A stretch of 63,653 nt of DNA, the filler included, from Octopus bimaculoides (taxonomy: Eukaryota): NCBI RefSeq assembly GCF_001194135.2. It is 5 parts of 5 records of this genome, joined end to end, with 100 filler letters (N's around TTAATTAATTAA, not from the genome) between each part and the next. Parts side by side here need not be neighbours in the genome. Positions count along the whole stretch, not along the records: positions 35,616 to 58,152 come from NC_068994.1; positions 58,253 to 62,502 come from NC_068990.1; positions 62,603 to 63,653 come from NW_026358207.1; 2 more parts are not named here. The stretch is one strand, 5' to 3'. The notes beneath the pieces were generated by a model that did not search any database, was not told where the DNA came from, and saw only the letters and a list, made by a program, of their open reading frames with translations. Of this stretch, positions 53,471 to 63,653 are shown piece by piece. The translations under genes and the position numbers were made by a program. The first letter of the stretch is position 1. Each line of letters opens with the position of its first letter.

Positions 53471-55130
53471 GCCATCTCACATTTAGCCTAGTTGTTCTGA
53501 TTTACTTTCACCCTTATATGTGCATGGTTACGGTTTTTTACATCATGTTTCCATCACCATAGGACTTTATAAATTATAAAACAGGTTAAGAAATGAAACA
53601 ATAGTGAGACAGCTGTAGATCATTGGAATTAAGTGACAAAAGCTTGTACAACACTTTTACCTATCTCTCAGTCATCATAGTAAGTTCCAGTGACAAGCAT
53701 GGCATTGGTACTATTTTGACATACATACATACATAAAAACATGCCTGCATGAATACATACATACATACATACATACATACATACATACATACATACATAC
53801 ATACATGCATATATACATACATACATACATACAGACAAATATATAAATATAAATGCAGTAAAAGAATATAAAAGAATATACATATATACACATACATGCA
53901 TTCATAGAACATATGCATGTGGATTCATGTGGACTTTCTCATCACTTCCATGAACGAGAGTTCAACAAGACATAAAAAAATTGCCATCATCCTAAGGCCA
54001 TCTATATACAGGGTCAAAGCTGAAGACTCAGTGTTATGCTCTACCTGTCCCCATCACCTTGTTTCCCTATTGTCACTGGACTTACAAAGCAAGTGTGATG
54101 ATGTTGGTGCTGGTATCATGGTTTACTGAACAACCTGTACCATAAATATTATTATAGTGGGCATGGTTTGTGCAGAGCCAGTCCCTACTCTCAGGTCCTT
54201 CAAACTTGTATTGATCTGGTGCAACAAGTGACATGATACCAAGAGTTATCAGGATGCAGGAATCATATGGAGTTACCTTCTCTTCAATGAGTAGCTACAG
54301 TGCTGAAGAGCCTAATTTGCCACACACACACACACACACATGCATGCATAATGCATGCATACATAAATACATACATACATACATGTATGAAAGCATTCAG
54401 GCATGGCATAACATACACATATACGTTGTTAAGAGGGTTTTGTTAATTAAACTTACACCTTTTTCTTTTCTTCTTTGATTTTTTTGTCATCCTTTTATCC
54501 TCAACTCCCTCTGTTATCCTACCTTTTCTTTCATTCCCTTCTTTCTTTTTTTCTTTCTTTCTTTCTTTCTCCTCTTGCCCCCTTTTTAATTTTCTTTCTA
54601 CTTTTTTTTACATATATCACTCTTGTTGAATTCCATATTTTCAACAGCCTCTCTCTCTCTCCTCTCCGAATATTTCAAATTTCACTCTTTCTCCCTGCTT
54701 TCCCTTCTACAATTCCTTTGAACCTTTCTGTTGTATGCTCTTGCTGCCCCTGTATCTATGTATATGTCTTTCACTTTTCCCCTTTCATTCTTTTCCCCTC
54801 CTTTCCCACTCCCAAACCCTATCCTTTGCTTTCTGTCTTTGTCACTATATTCCTTGACTCTCTCTCTCTCTTCAATTTCAATGTCACCTCCATTTTCTAT
54901 CTTCTCCTCTCTCACTTTTCTTCCTGTTTTTTTGTTTCTACTTTTCCTCCTAAAAGTCTTGCACTCCCCCCCCCTTATATTTTATTCATCTCTGTCACTC
55001 TTGCTGCTATGCTTTATTCTCTCCTTGTTTCTCTCTTTCCCACCTCCCGCTCTATTCTGTGTATGTATGTGTGTGCGTGTGTGTGTGTGTATGTGTGTGT
55101 TCTATATACATACTCACATATAAACATTAT

Positions 55131-55161
<31 letters not shown>

Positions 55162-55404
55162 TATACACATACATATATACACATACATATATACACACAT
55201 ACATACATACACACATATATACACACACACATATATGCACATACATATATACACACACACATATATATATATAGATACATACATGCATACATATATATAT
55301 AGAGAGATTTAGATTCAAAATTGAATATGGTACTTATGTTTAGGCACCAGAATATAGTATGGTATTATCCAAAAACCATTCTAAAAGCGAGGTGATCACC
55401 TCGT

Positions 55405-55446
<42 letters not shown>

Positions 55447-56157
55447 TTATCATCATGTATATATGATAACTGTATGTTTATGCACATATATATCTATACA
55501 TTTATCATCTATCTATCTAATATATATTATATACATATTATATATATGTATATATAAACATACATGCATATATATATTATGTAGATAGGGTTTATATCCA
55601 ACCTGTATCCTCAATAATTACATCTGCTTATTCTAGTATTCCAAATCCGTATGTGTAGATGTTATCTTTGTGTGAGGTATGCATAAGAGTTGAACATTCT
55701 GGGAAATATTTTTTGCAGAGTAAGAGAGTAATTATGTATCAAAGCAAGAGATTAGAAATTTTTTTGGTATTATTTATTCACCATTACACATGTTTCATTT
55801 GCTAATAGGAATTACAAATGTAGGAGAAATATATAAGATATCTTCTATTAAAAATTCTTCAAACAGAAAATCAAATAATACAAAATTTATATGTGGATAA
55901 AGTGTCTATATGTAGTAAGTAACCAGGAATTGTATAGATAGTTGCAGGGAGAATATATACATATAGGTACATGTGCGCGCACGCGCGCGGGACACACACA
56001 CACACACACACAACACATACACATCTACACACACACACACACACACATACACACACACACAACTTGTAACTCCTATTACCAACTGAAACATGTGTAATGA
56101 TGAATAAATAACGCCAAAAACTTTTCGAATTTCCTGTTTTGATATATATATATATGC

Positions 56158-56222
<65 letters not shown>

Positions 56223-56478
56223 TACACATATTTGTGTGTGTGTGTGTGTGTGTTTATGTATAAATTTATATATAAGCTAAAGACACGCATACATATATGG
56301 ATTCACAGCTCTCACACACACACATACATACATACACACACACATATATACATACATACAGACATACATACATACATGCCTGCCTACATACATACATATA
56401 CACGCACATCCTTATCAATCTTACGTATTTGTTTTCCTGTCTATCTACCTCCATCCATCAGTCGTTCAGACTTCACCT

Positions 56479-56514
<36 letters not shown>

Positions 56515-56517
<3 letters not shown>

Positions 56518-56784
56518 GCTACCGCGTATCATTAGCGCGACGGCGGCGGCGCTGATTGTTCTCCCACTAAACTGCCTACTGTTGCTCAGCATCAATTATG
56601 ATAATAACCACCACCCTCACCCTCTTTCTTCCCTTTTGCCAGTCTGTCATGGCGAATGCAGCAGCACAGTGGAATTACGTCGGCTTCTACTCTTGTTGCT
56701 GCTACTTACTCTGGACTATCTTTACCTACTAAATTTAATTTCTGTTTTAAAACAAGATGCCGTGACACTTTTTAGCAGGTTCAG
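56515..56784 (+). promoter_or_regulatory. CpG-rich putative first (5'UTR or non-coding) exon and TSS region
   Basis: Follows a (CT)n tract and contains GCGCGACGGCGGCGGCG in a CpG-poor background. Ends in a consensus donor CAG|GTAAGT at 56784/56785. Only a short 27-aa ORF inside; 5' boundary approximate. Confidence 0.5.
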
Positions 56785-57017
56785 GTAAGTAAAGTGTCAA
56801 TATACCTATATCCATTTTAAAACGAAATGAAAGAGAGAGAGAGAGAAAGAGAAAACACAGCGAATACCAAAAACTTTAGCCACCAGTATTTATTCGTTTT
56901 GTGTGTCTTCGCATTCTTCTTTTAGAACAAAACATTTAACATCTAATTAAAGACAAAAACAAAACGAAAAAATACGAGCAGGAAAAGAAAACGAGAAAGA
57001 GAAAGTAGCACTGTTCG

Positions 57018-57104
57018 GTCTGTTGCTGAGGTCGGTTAATGGGGGACTGATTTTCAGTTGTTATCTCATTATAATCTGATCCCCTATTTCGTGACCAGCA
57101 AGAC
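57018..57104 (+). ncRNA. Candidate pre-miRNA hairpin 1 of a four-member cluster
   Basis: 5p arm 57037-57058 pairs with 3p arm 57070-57091 (TATAATCTGATCCCCTATTTCG). Lower stem GTC/GAC and TTGCTG/CAGCAA. Apical UGU at 57059; CNNC at 57107 (+16). Confidence 0.65.
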
Positions 57105-57117
57105 GTCTTCTGCTATA

Positions 57118-57183
57118 GTTCATAAGTGGGGGATTAATTTCAGGTTGTTGATTTTACGTAAAATGTTCCTTGACTTTATGGCC
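57118..57183 (+). ncRNA. Candidate pre-miRNA hairpin 2
   Basis: 5p AAGTGGGGGATTAATTTCAGGT (57124-57145) pairs with 3p CGTAAAATGTTCCTTGACTTTA (57157-57178). Apical UGU present; weaker lower stem. Confidence 0.55.
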
Positions 57184-57390
57184 ACTTCCGTACGTTAGAA
57201 ATAAGCGAAACTGAAAGAAAACGATAGAAACAAAAAACGAAACAACCAAGTATTATGAGTGTTTCACCTTTTCAAAAGTCAATCCCGGTAGTCTTTGATT
57301 TATTAAAATTCACATCTCATTATTTTTGGAAATGCCTAAAAATAAGTAAAATAAAATGCTGTTAGAAAGAGAAAGTAACTACAGTCTTCT

Positions 57391-57471
57391 GCTACTGACG
57401 ATAAATGGGGGATCAATTTTACGTTGTTAACCACTTGTGAACTGTTCCCTTATTTCGTGGTCACAAGTAGT
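57391..57471 (+). ncRNA. Candidate pre-miRNA hairpin 3
   Basis: 5p AAATGGGGGATCAATTTTACGT (57403-57424) pairs with 3p TGTGAACTGTTCCCTTATTTCG (57436-57457). Lower stem CTACT/AGTAG and GAC/GTC. Apical UGU; CNNC at +15 and +18. Confidence 0.65.
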
Positions 57472-57482
57472 CTGCTTCTGCT

Positions 57483-57556
57483 GCTATGATCGGTAAGTGG
57501 GGGATTAATTTATCGTTGCCAATGTTCTGTAAACTGTTCCCCTATTTCATTACTAC
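57483..57556 (+). ncRNA. Candidate pre-miRNA hairpin 4
   Basis: 5p AAGTGGGGGATTAATTTATCGT (57495-57516) pairs with 3p TGTAAACTGTTCCCCTATTTCA (57528-57549); about 17 of 20 positions paired including G-U. Confidence 0.6.
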
Positions 57557-60315
57557 CTTGTGTGGTTAATTAAAAATTTTAAGACTAACATACTCACAAT
57601 CGCACACACACACACACACTTACATACATACCTACCTACATACATACGCGCGCACACTACACACACACACGCACACACTCATACTTGATTTCATGTCGTT
57701 AGATCTATACAAATTTTCTAATTCATGGGTAACTATATGTAGGTTTAACAAAAATATAAACCCCCACAAATCTGCAGAAACATTCGCATACACTGGAATA
57801 TTGTCTTGTTGAAATGCATCGCGCATATTGTCTGTAAATGTATGCAGAACAGAATTTATATTAATTGTCAAAGCTATTACAGTGTAAGATGTGATATCCA
57901 TAAGAAAAAAATATATATGTAATTTAAAAGTATATGTGTGTACTTATATAATTGAGAACGAAGGGAAGGCATAAATGGTGAACTTTTTTGTGTGTGTGTA
58001 TGTTTGTATGGAAGAATAAATGTATACATGTGTGTATGTGTGTATCAGAAGTATGGGTATATATTTACGTATTTATACTTGTGTGTATAAATCTTTTGAA
58101 TACATGTGTATATGTATTCCCCTCTCTCAGTCTCGCTCTCTCTCATACATACNNNNNNNNNNNNNNNNNNNNNNNNNNNNNNNNNNNNNNNNNNNNTTAA
58201 TTAATTAANNNNNNNNNNNNNNNNNNNNNNNNNNNNNNNNNNNNNNNNNNNNGTAATATTAGGGAAATGTGCTAATTTTGACGGAAGGCGAAGAAAGTGT
58301 GATTTAGCCAAAAACAATATTTGACTGGTACTAATTTATGGCCAACGAAAAGACGAAAGGTAACATCCGCTGCGGCAGAATTTGAAACCAGAGCGTAAAA
58401 GATCATGACTCAATACCTAAAGCCATTTCGAACAACAAACAATAACCATAGAGCCAATACTTTGTGTAAAATGTTTAACTATGCATTTCGTAGAGCTAAT
58501 AGGTCCACAATTATCGATTATGAAGAAGGTTTAAACCTTGTTAACAGTTGCGACGGGTGTCAGTATACTGGAAACTTTATTGATCAAGGCTATCTAATTC
58601 AAATGACATAAAGACATTGCTCGTAAAATCTCGTAGGGCCACACATACTTACACATCCTACCTCCACAAAAGCAATGGTTGGAGCTGCAACAGAGAAGAA
58701 AATGGATCCTAACTGGTAGCTTAGACTGAATTCCCGTGTAAGAAGTCGGAATTTCACTTCCGCAAAGGACTTTACTACATCTGTAGAAAAGGGATTCTAC
58801 GTATTTTTCCCCTATGTGTGCATCTGACTAAGTCTTGATAAACAAGCTATCATAGTTCTATTTTTTTCTTGTTTGTTTTTTATTATTTGAGGAAGTCTTT
58901 TGATTCTCTCTTCTGCAATAGTTCCGTCAATCCCCAAATCAATAACAACGAAAAACATTCCGTTTGAACTCAAATTCAGATTTATCACAGACATCACAAA
59001 GTTTTTCTCAGATGTTCTCTTCTGGTCCATCATCATCCTCTGTGACAATAAGTCTTCTCCAAGCTCATCCATTGGCTTCATATTATTCTTCCAAACAACT
59101 GTGAAGACCCGGATAAGCGGATGATATTGTTTCTGATATTGTTTGTGTTGCTTTCTCACGAGTTCATCGACTTTACGGCGTATATGACTCTTTACTATAT
59201 GTTATTTCTCTTACTAACTGTAACCTGTCATTTAGGGATGAACCTATTATCTCCACCTCACCAAGATATGATGTCGAGGTTGACTTGATGCTCGAGTGCA
59301 ATCTTTTATTTTTCAACTAGTGCCAGATCTCATGCAGTGTGACATTTTTCATAGCCGGTTCTTGAGCGACAAGAATACCAGACAGCGTTCTGTTCCATTG
59401 TTCTTGATACGATTCCTGTTATGTATTTTATTTCTTAAGGTGGCGGATTTTGTTGTTCTTGCTATTGTTGTTGTTTTTGTTTTTAGTGTTGCTGATTTTG
59501 GGAACAATGAGTTTTCAAACGGCCTTCTTATCCATAAAACATTTAGAATGGTTGCCTTCGACCACAACACTTACACCTTGTTTCTCCCTTTATTGAGGAG
59601 AACGAGAAATTAATTATATTTCAAAATGCATTTTGAGCCAATGAGAGTCTCTGCGTAGCCATTCGACCTGCTAGAAATAAGTCAAATTGTTTCAATATAC
59701 CTAACCGTTTAAAAACAAAAGGCGTGACAATATGAACCTAAACTCACAGTATTTAGGAAGGGTTGAATACTATTGGATTGCCTTTGACTATCTTTCAGCT
59801 ATACCAAAGTTACTCGGAGGCTAAAATCAACAACAACCAAGAAAACTGATCTTACCTTGAAAATAAAGATCGCAATTTAAAATGAAACATTATTTTCCAT
59901 TTTCTGTTTTTGTCTAGTTAAAAGACATGGTTATTTATGATTTTTCTTTTAAAACCAATATGGCCCATATAAAATTATCTGAATACAACAGATTTAGTGC
60001 AGTACTCTGTCGTTTGTACCTCAGAACATGCTAAAAAACGAATAAAAATAACAGTTGCATAATACCACAGAGGATCGAAAACTTCCAGTAAGTCAAAATA
60101 ACTACATGTTTTTAATTTCTTCTCATACTTGAAACTGTTTCGTTTCCCTTTCCCTATTAAATGACTATTGGCACTACACGAACGCCAAATTTTTCACTTC
60201 TACTTTTTGAAATGCCAATGAGAGGAACCCCTTTGTTAGATACCCTGCAGTACATTCATACTATGTAAGCAGTGTCTAGGTGCATGATAATTTTTTTTAA
60301 TGTAATTTCATATCT

Positions 60316-60752
60316 TTTCTATTACAGGCAGGAGGCCTGAAATTTGGGAGGATAGGACTAATCGATTAAATCGACCCGTAGCGGTCAACTGGTACTTATT
60401 TCATCGACCGCGATAAGATGAAAGGCAAAGATCACCTTAACAGAATTTGAACTCAGCGTAAAAGCAAAGTAAATGCTGCTAAGCATTTTGTTCGATATGC
60501 TAATGATTCTGACAGCTCGCCGCCTTAACGTAATTTAATGGCTTCAAATTTGGACACAAGGACAGCAATTTCAGGGGAAGGGGTAAGTCGATTACATAAA
60601 CTTCAGTGTTCAATTTGTATTATTTTATGACCTTGAAAGAATGGAAGGCAAAGTCGACCTCGATAGAATCTTAACACAGAACGCAAAGACGGATGAAACG
60701 CCGTTAAGCATTTTGTCCGTCGTGCTAGGGATTCTACCAGCTCGTCGCCTTA
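60316..60752 (-). mobile_element. Two tandem SINE family A copies
   Basis: About 60316-60527 and 60535-60752; an older copy lies at about 58260-58440. Confidence 0.85.
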
Positions 60753-60849
60753 ACGTAATTTGATACCAATAAAAATCATGATTAAAAAAAGAATTTAATG
60801 AGATTTTTTTAAATGTTTGTATGAAAAACAAAAAATAATTCTTAAAAAG

Positions 60850-61280
60850 CTTATTTAAGATTCAAATGAGTCCTGCAATGAAGTACCTGCATTTGTGACC
60901 TTCTACATCTGGAACCTCCTACATTTAGGACAGTGCTACTTCTACGTAAACAGACATTCTGAACCGCATCCAAGGAAAGGCCACTTGAATAATTGCCATG
61001 AAATCACTGACACGCTGTAGTCTTGGCATTTAATGCCAAATATTCGAGGAGAAAGCACTGGCGTACTATCTTCTCGCTGTCTTTTCTATCTTTCCAGTAA
61101 GGGCTTCTCTCACTCGAGTCAGGATAATTTCGAGCCTGGACCACCGACCCACTCGTCTCTCCACCTCTCATATTCTTTGTTGTGTCCCCTTACCCTCCTC
61201 TGGTTTGGTACAAACCACTATCACTAGTCCTTTTTCCACAGAACGTCATGACAACTGTTCCATCCTGCAGACTCATAGAA
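60850..61280 (+). mobile_element. Old CR1-like LINE 3' remnant
   Basis: Decayed peptides DILNRIQGKA..II, LFY, TNHYH*SFF.RT resemble the CR1 ORF2 C-terminus. Confidence 0.55.
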
Positions 61281-61374
61281 GAAAAAAAAAGCCTAAAGAA
61301 TATACATACTAAGGCTTGAACATCTGGACAAACATGTTATTCGTAATTTTATGTCTAATAAAACGAGGTAAACG

Positions 61375-61417
<43 letters not shown>

Positions 61418-62041
61418 CACACACATACACACACACAAATATATATATANNNNNNNNNNNNNNNNNNNNNNNNNNNNNNNNNNNNNNNNNNNNNNNNNNN
61501 NNNNNNNNNNNNNNNNNNNNNNNNNNNNNNNNNNNNNNNNNNNNNNNNNNNNNNNNNNNNNNNNNNNNNNNNNNNNNNNNNNNNNNNNNNNNNNNNNNNN
61601 NNNNNNNNNNNNNNNNNNNNNNNNNNNNNNNNNNNNNNNNNNNNNNNNNNNNNNNNNNNNNNNNNNNNNNNNNNNNNNNNNNNNNNNNNNNNNNNNNNNN
61701 NNNNNNNNNNNNNNNNNNNNNNNNNNNNNNNNNNNNNNNNNNNNNNNNNNNNNNNNNNNNNNNNNNNNNNNNNNNNNNNNNNNNNNNNNNNNNNNNNNNN
61801 NNNNNNNNNNNNNNNNNNNNNNNNNNNNNNNNNNNNNNNNNNNNNNNNNNNNNNNNNNNNNNNNNNNNNNNNNNNNNNNNNNNNNNNNNNNNNNNNNNNN
61901 NNNNNNNNNNNNNNNNNNNNNNNNNNNNNNNNNNNNNNNNNNNNNNNNNNNNNNNNNNNNNNNNNNNNNNNNNNNNNNNNNNNNNNNNNNNNNNNNNNNN
62001 NNNNNNNNNNNNNNNNNNNNNNNNNNNNNNNNNNNNNNNNN

Positions 62042-62089
<48 letters not shown>

Positions 62090-62442
62090 CACACATATAC
62101 ATATGTGCGTATGGGTGTGGGTGTGTGTGCATGTGTGTATTTGTGCGTGTGCGTGTGCGTGTGTGCATGTATATGTATGCATGTGTGTATATATTCTTTT
62201 ATTCTTACCTTATTTTACATGTTGCAGCCATTTGACTGCGGCCATGCTGGAGCACCGTCTTAAAGGGGTTTTGTCGAAAAAAATTGACCTCAGGACTTAT
62301 TCTTTGTAAGCCTAGTATTTATTCTAATCGGTCTTTTTTGCTGAGCCGCTAACTTTACAGGGACATAAACACACCAACATCGGGGAACAAACACAGACAC
62401 AAAGACACACATGACTACATATACATACATACACACACATAC

Positions 62443-62502
<60 letters not shown>

Positions 62503-62602
62503 NNNNNNNNNNNNNNNNNNNNNNNNNNNNNNNNNNNNNNNNNNNNTTAATTAATTAANNNNNNNNNNNNNNNNNNNNNNNNNNNNNNNNNNNNNNNNNN
62601 NN

Positions 62603-63653
62603 ACAGACTTGTAACATAGAGGGCAACTGGAAATTCCTTTGGGAGACTTGTTAAGCGCCACAGACCAAATCTGCAGCTGGTACAAAGTTTCGTCTAGACC
62701 GAGGGTGACTTGGTAGTGGAGTGATGCTGTAGACAAGGCCATTAGGGCAAAGAAACAGGCCGGGAAGGACTGGCAGTGTTGAGGTAGCAGGGAATTGTAT
62801 CAGATAGCCAGAAGGGAAACTTGGAGGCAGGTACATTTAGCCAGGGAGGTGGTAGAAAAGAAGTTTGTCAATGTTCTACGACATGAGGACCAGAGACTTG
62901 AAGTGTTTTGGAGTGCAAGACTGTGTGTGAGAGAAAATTTGTGTCATAGGAGAGAAATGTGTCTGCATGGATGATGGTTCATTTGCATTTAATGATTCTG
63001 CAAAGAAAGAGGCTTGGAAATGTCATAATGAAAAGCTGCTAAATGAAGAGAATGAATGGGAGAAGGAAAGTCTGCCAAATGTTGACCCCACTGAGGGACC
63101 AGTTATCTGAATTGACAGTAGATGAAGCATTTAAGTGTTTGAAGACAGGGAAAGCCCCTGGTCCATCAGGAATCACTGCTGAGATGCTTAAAATATCTGG
63201 TGGACTAGGTTATGGGCTAGTCACCTGTATAGTTAACCAGGTGGTACACGAAGGAGTCATACACAATGACTGGTGTCGCAGCACCATAGTTAACTGCTAC
63301 AAAGGTAAAGGTGATACCTTAGATACAAATAATGACAGAGGTATCAAGTTGTTGGATCAAGTAATGAAGGTCACGGAGAGGGTCGTAGCCCAACTTATTA
63401 GGGAGAGAGTTAGTCTAGATGAGATGCAGTTTGGTTTTGTGCCAGGGAGAAGCACCACCAATGCTATATTGCTGGTGAGGCAGCTGCAAGAGAAATGCCT
63501 AGCCAAGGATAAACCTCTGTACTTGGCTTTTGTTGACATGGAGAAAGCCTTTGGCAGGGCCCCCTAATCCCTTATCTGGTGCAGAAACTAAGGATAGATG
63601 AGTGGTTGGTGAGAGCTGTTTAAAACATGTACAGGGATGCTGTCAGTAAGGTG
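62603..63653 (+). mobile_element. RTE-clade LINE ORF fragment (linker plus RT domains 0-3), runs off the window
   Basis: ORF 63043-63567: GKAPGPSGITAEMLK, CYKGKGD..RGIKLL, QFGFVPGRSTT.AI, LYLAFVDMEKAF. Confidence 0.95.

Noticed and set aside
57001-57560. H/ACA snoRNA or CRISPR interpretation of the hairpin pairs
   Set aside because: No ANANNA hinge, no terminal ACA and no pseudouridylation pockets. Units are diverged hairpins without constant repeats and unique spacers, in a eukaryotic context.
60165-60225. ATTGGCACTAC resembling the miR-96/182 seed with a downstream TGCCAAT
   Set aside because: Only 7 bp pair; the rest of the arm is unpaired.

Overview
AT-rich, microsatellite-dense eukaryotic genomic DNA with many N gaps. 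The SINE/RTE/Penelope repeat content looks like an Octopus genome, probably O. bimaculoides; this is inferred from repeat families, not from a database hit. Most of the window is decayed mobile DNA: tRNA-derived SINEs, RTE, Dong/R4 and CR1 LINE pieces, Penelope-like remnants, Tigger, mariner, maT and hAT transposons, MITEs, a Helitron-like element and a solo LTR. The only well-supported protein gene is the last two coding exons of a METTL27/WBSCR27-like SAM methyltransferase (+ strand, 42464-42556 and 44943-45127). Two RNA-level signals stand out. (1) A 2x2 cluster of four paralogous 55-nt pre-miRNA-like hairpins at 57018-57556, just inside the first intron of a CpG-rich, apparently non-coding spliced transcript. 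(2) A hammerhead ribozyme core at 34905-34968 (-) whose three strands are in a non-circularly permuted order, alongside several ordinary minimal Penelope-type hammerheads. Four 44N-TTAATTAATTAA-44N spacers are artificial scaffold joins, so contiguity across them is uncertain. All alignments and foldings were done by eye.
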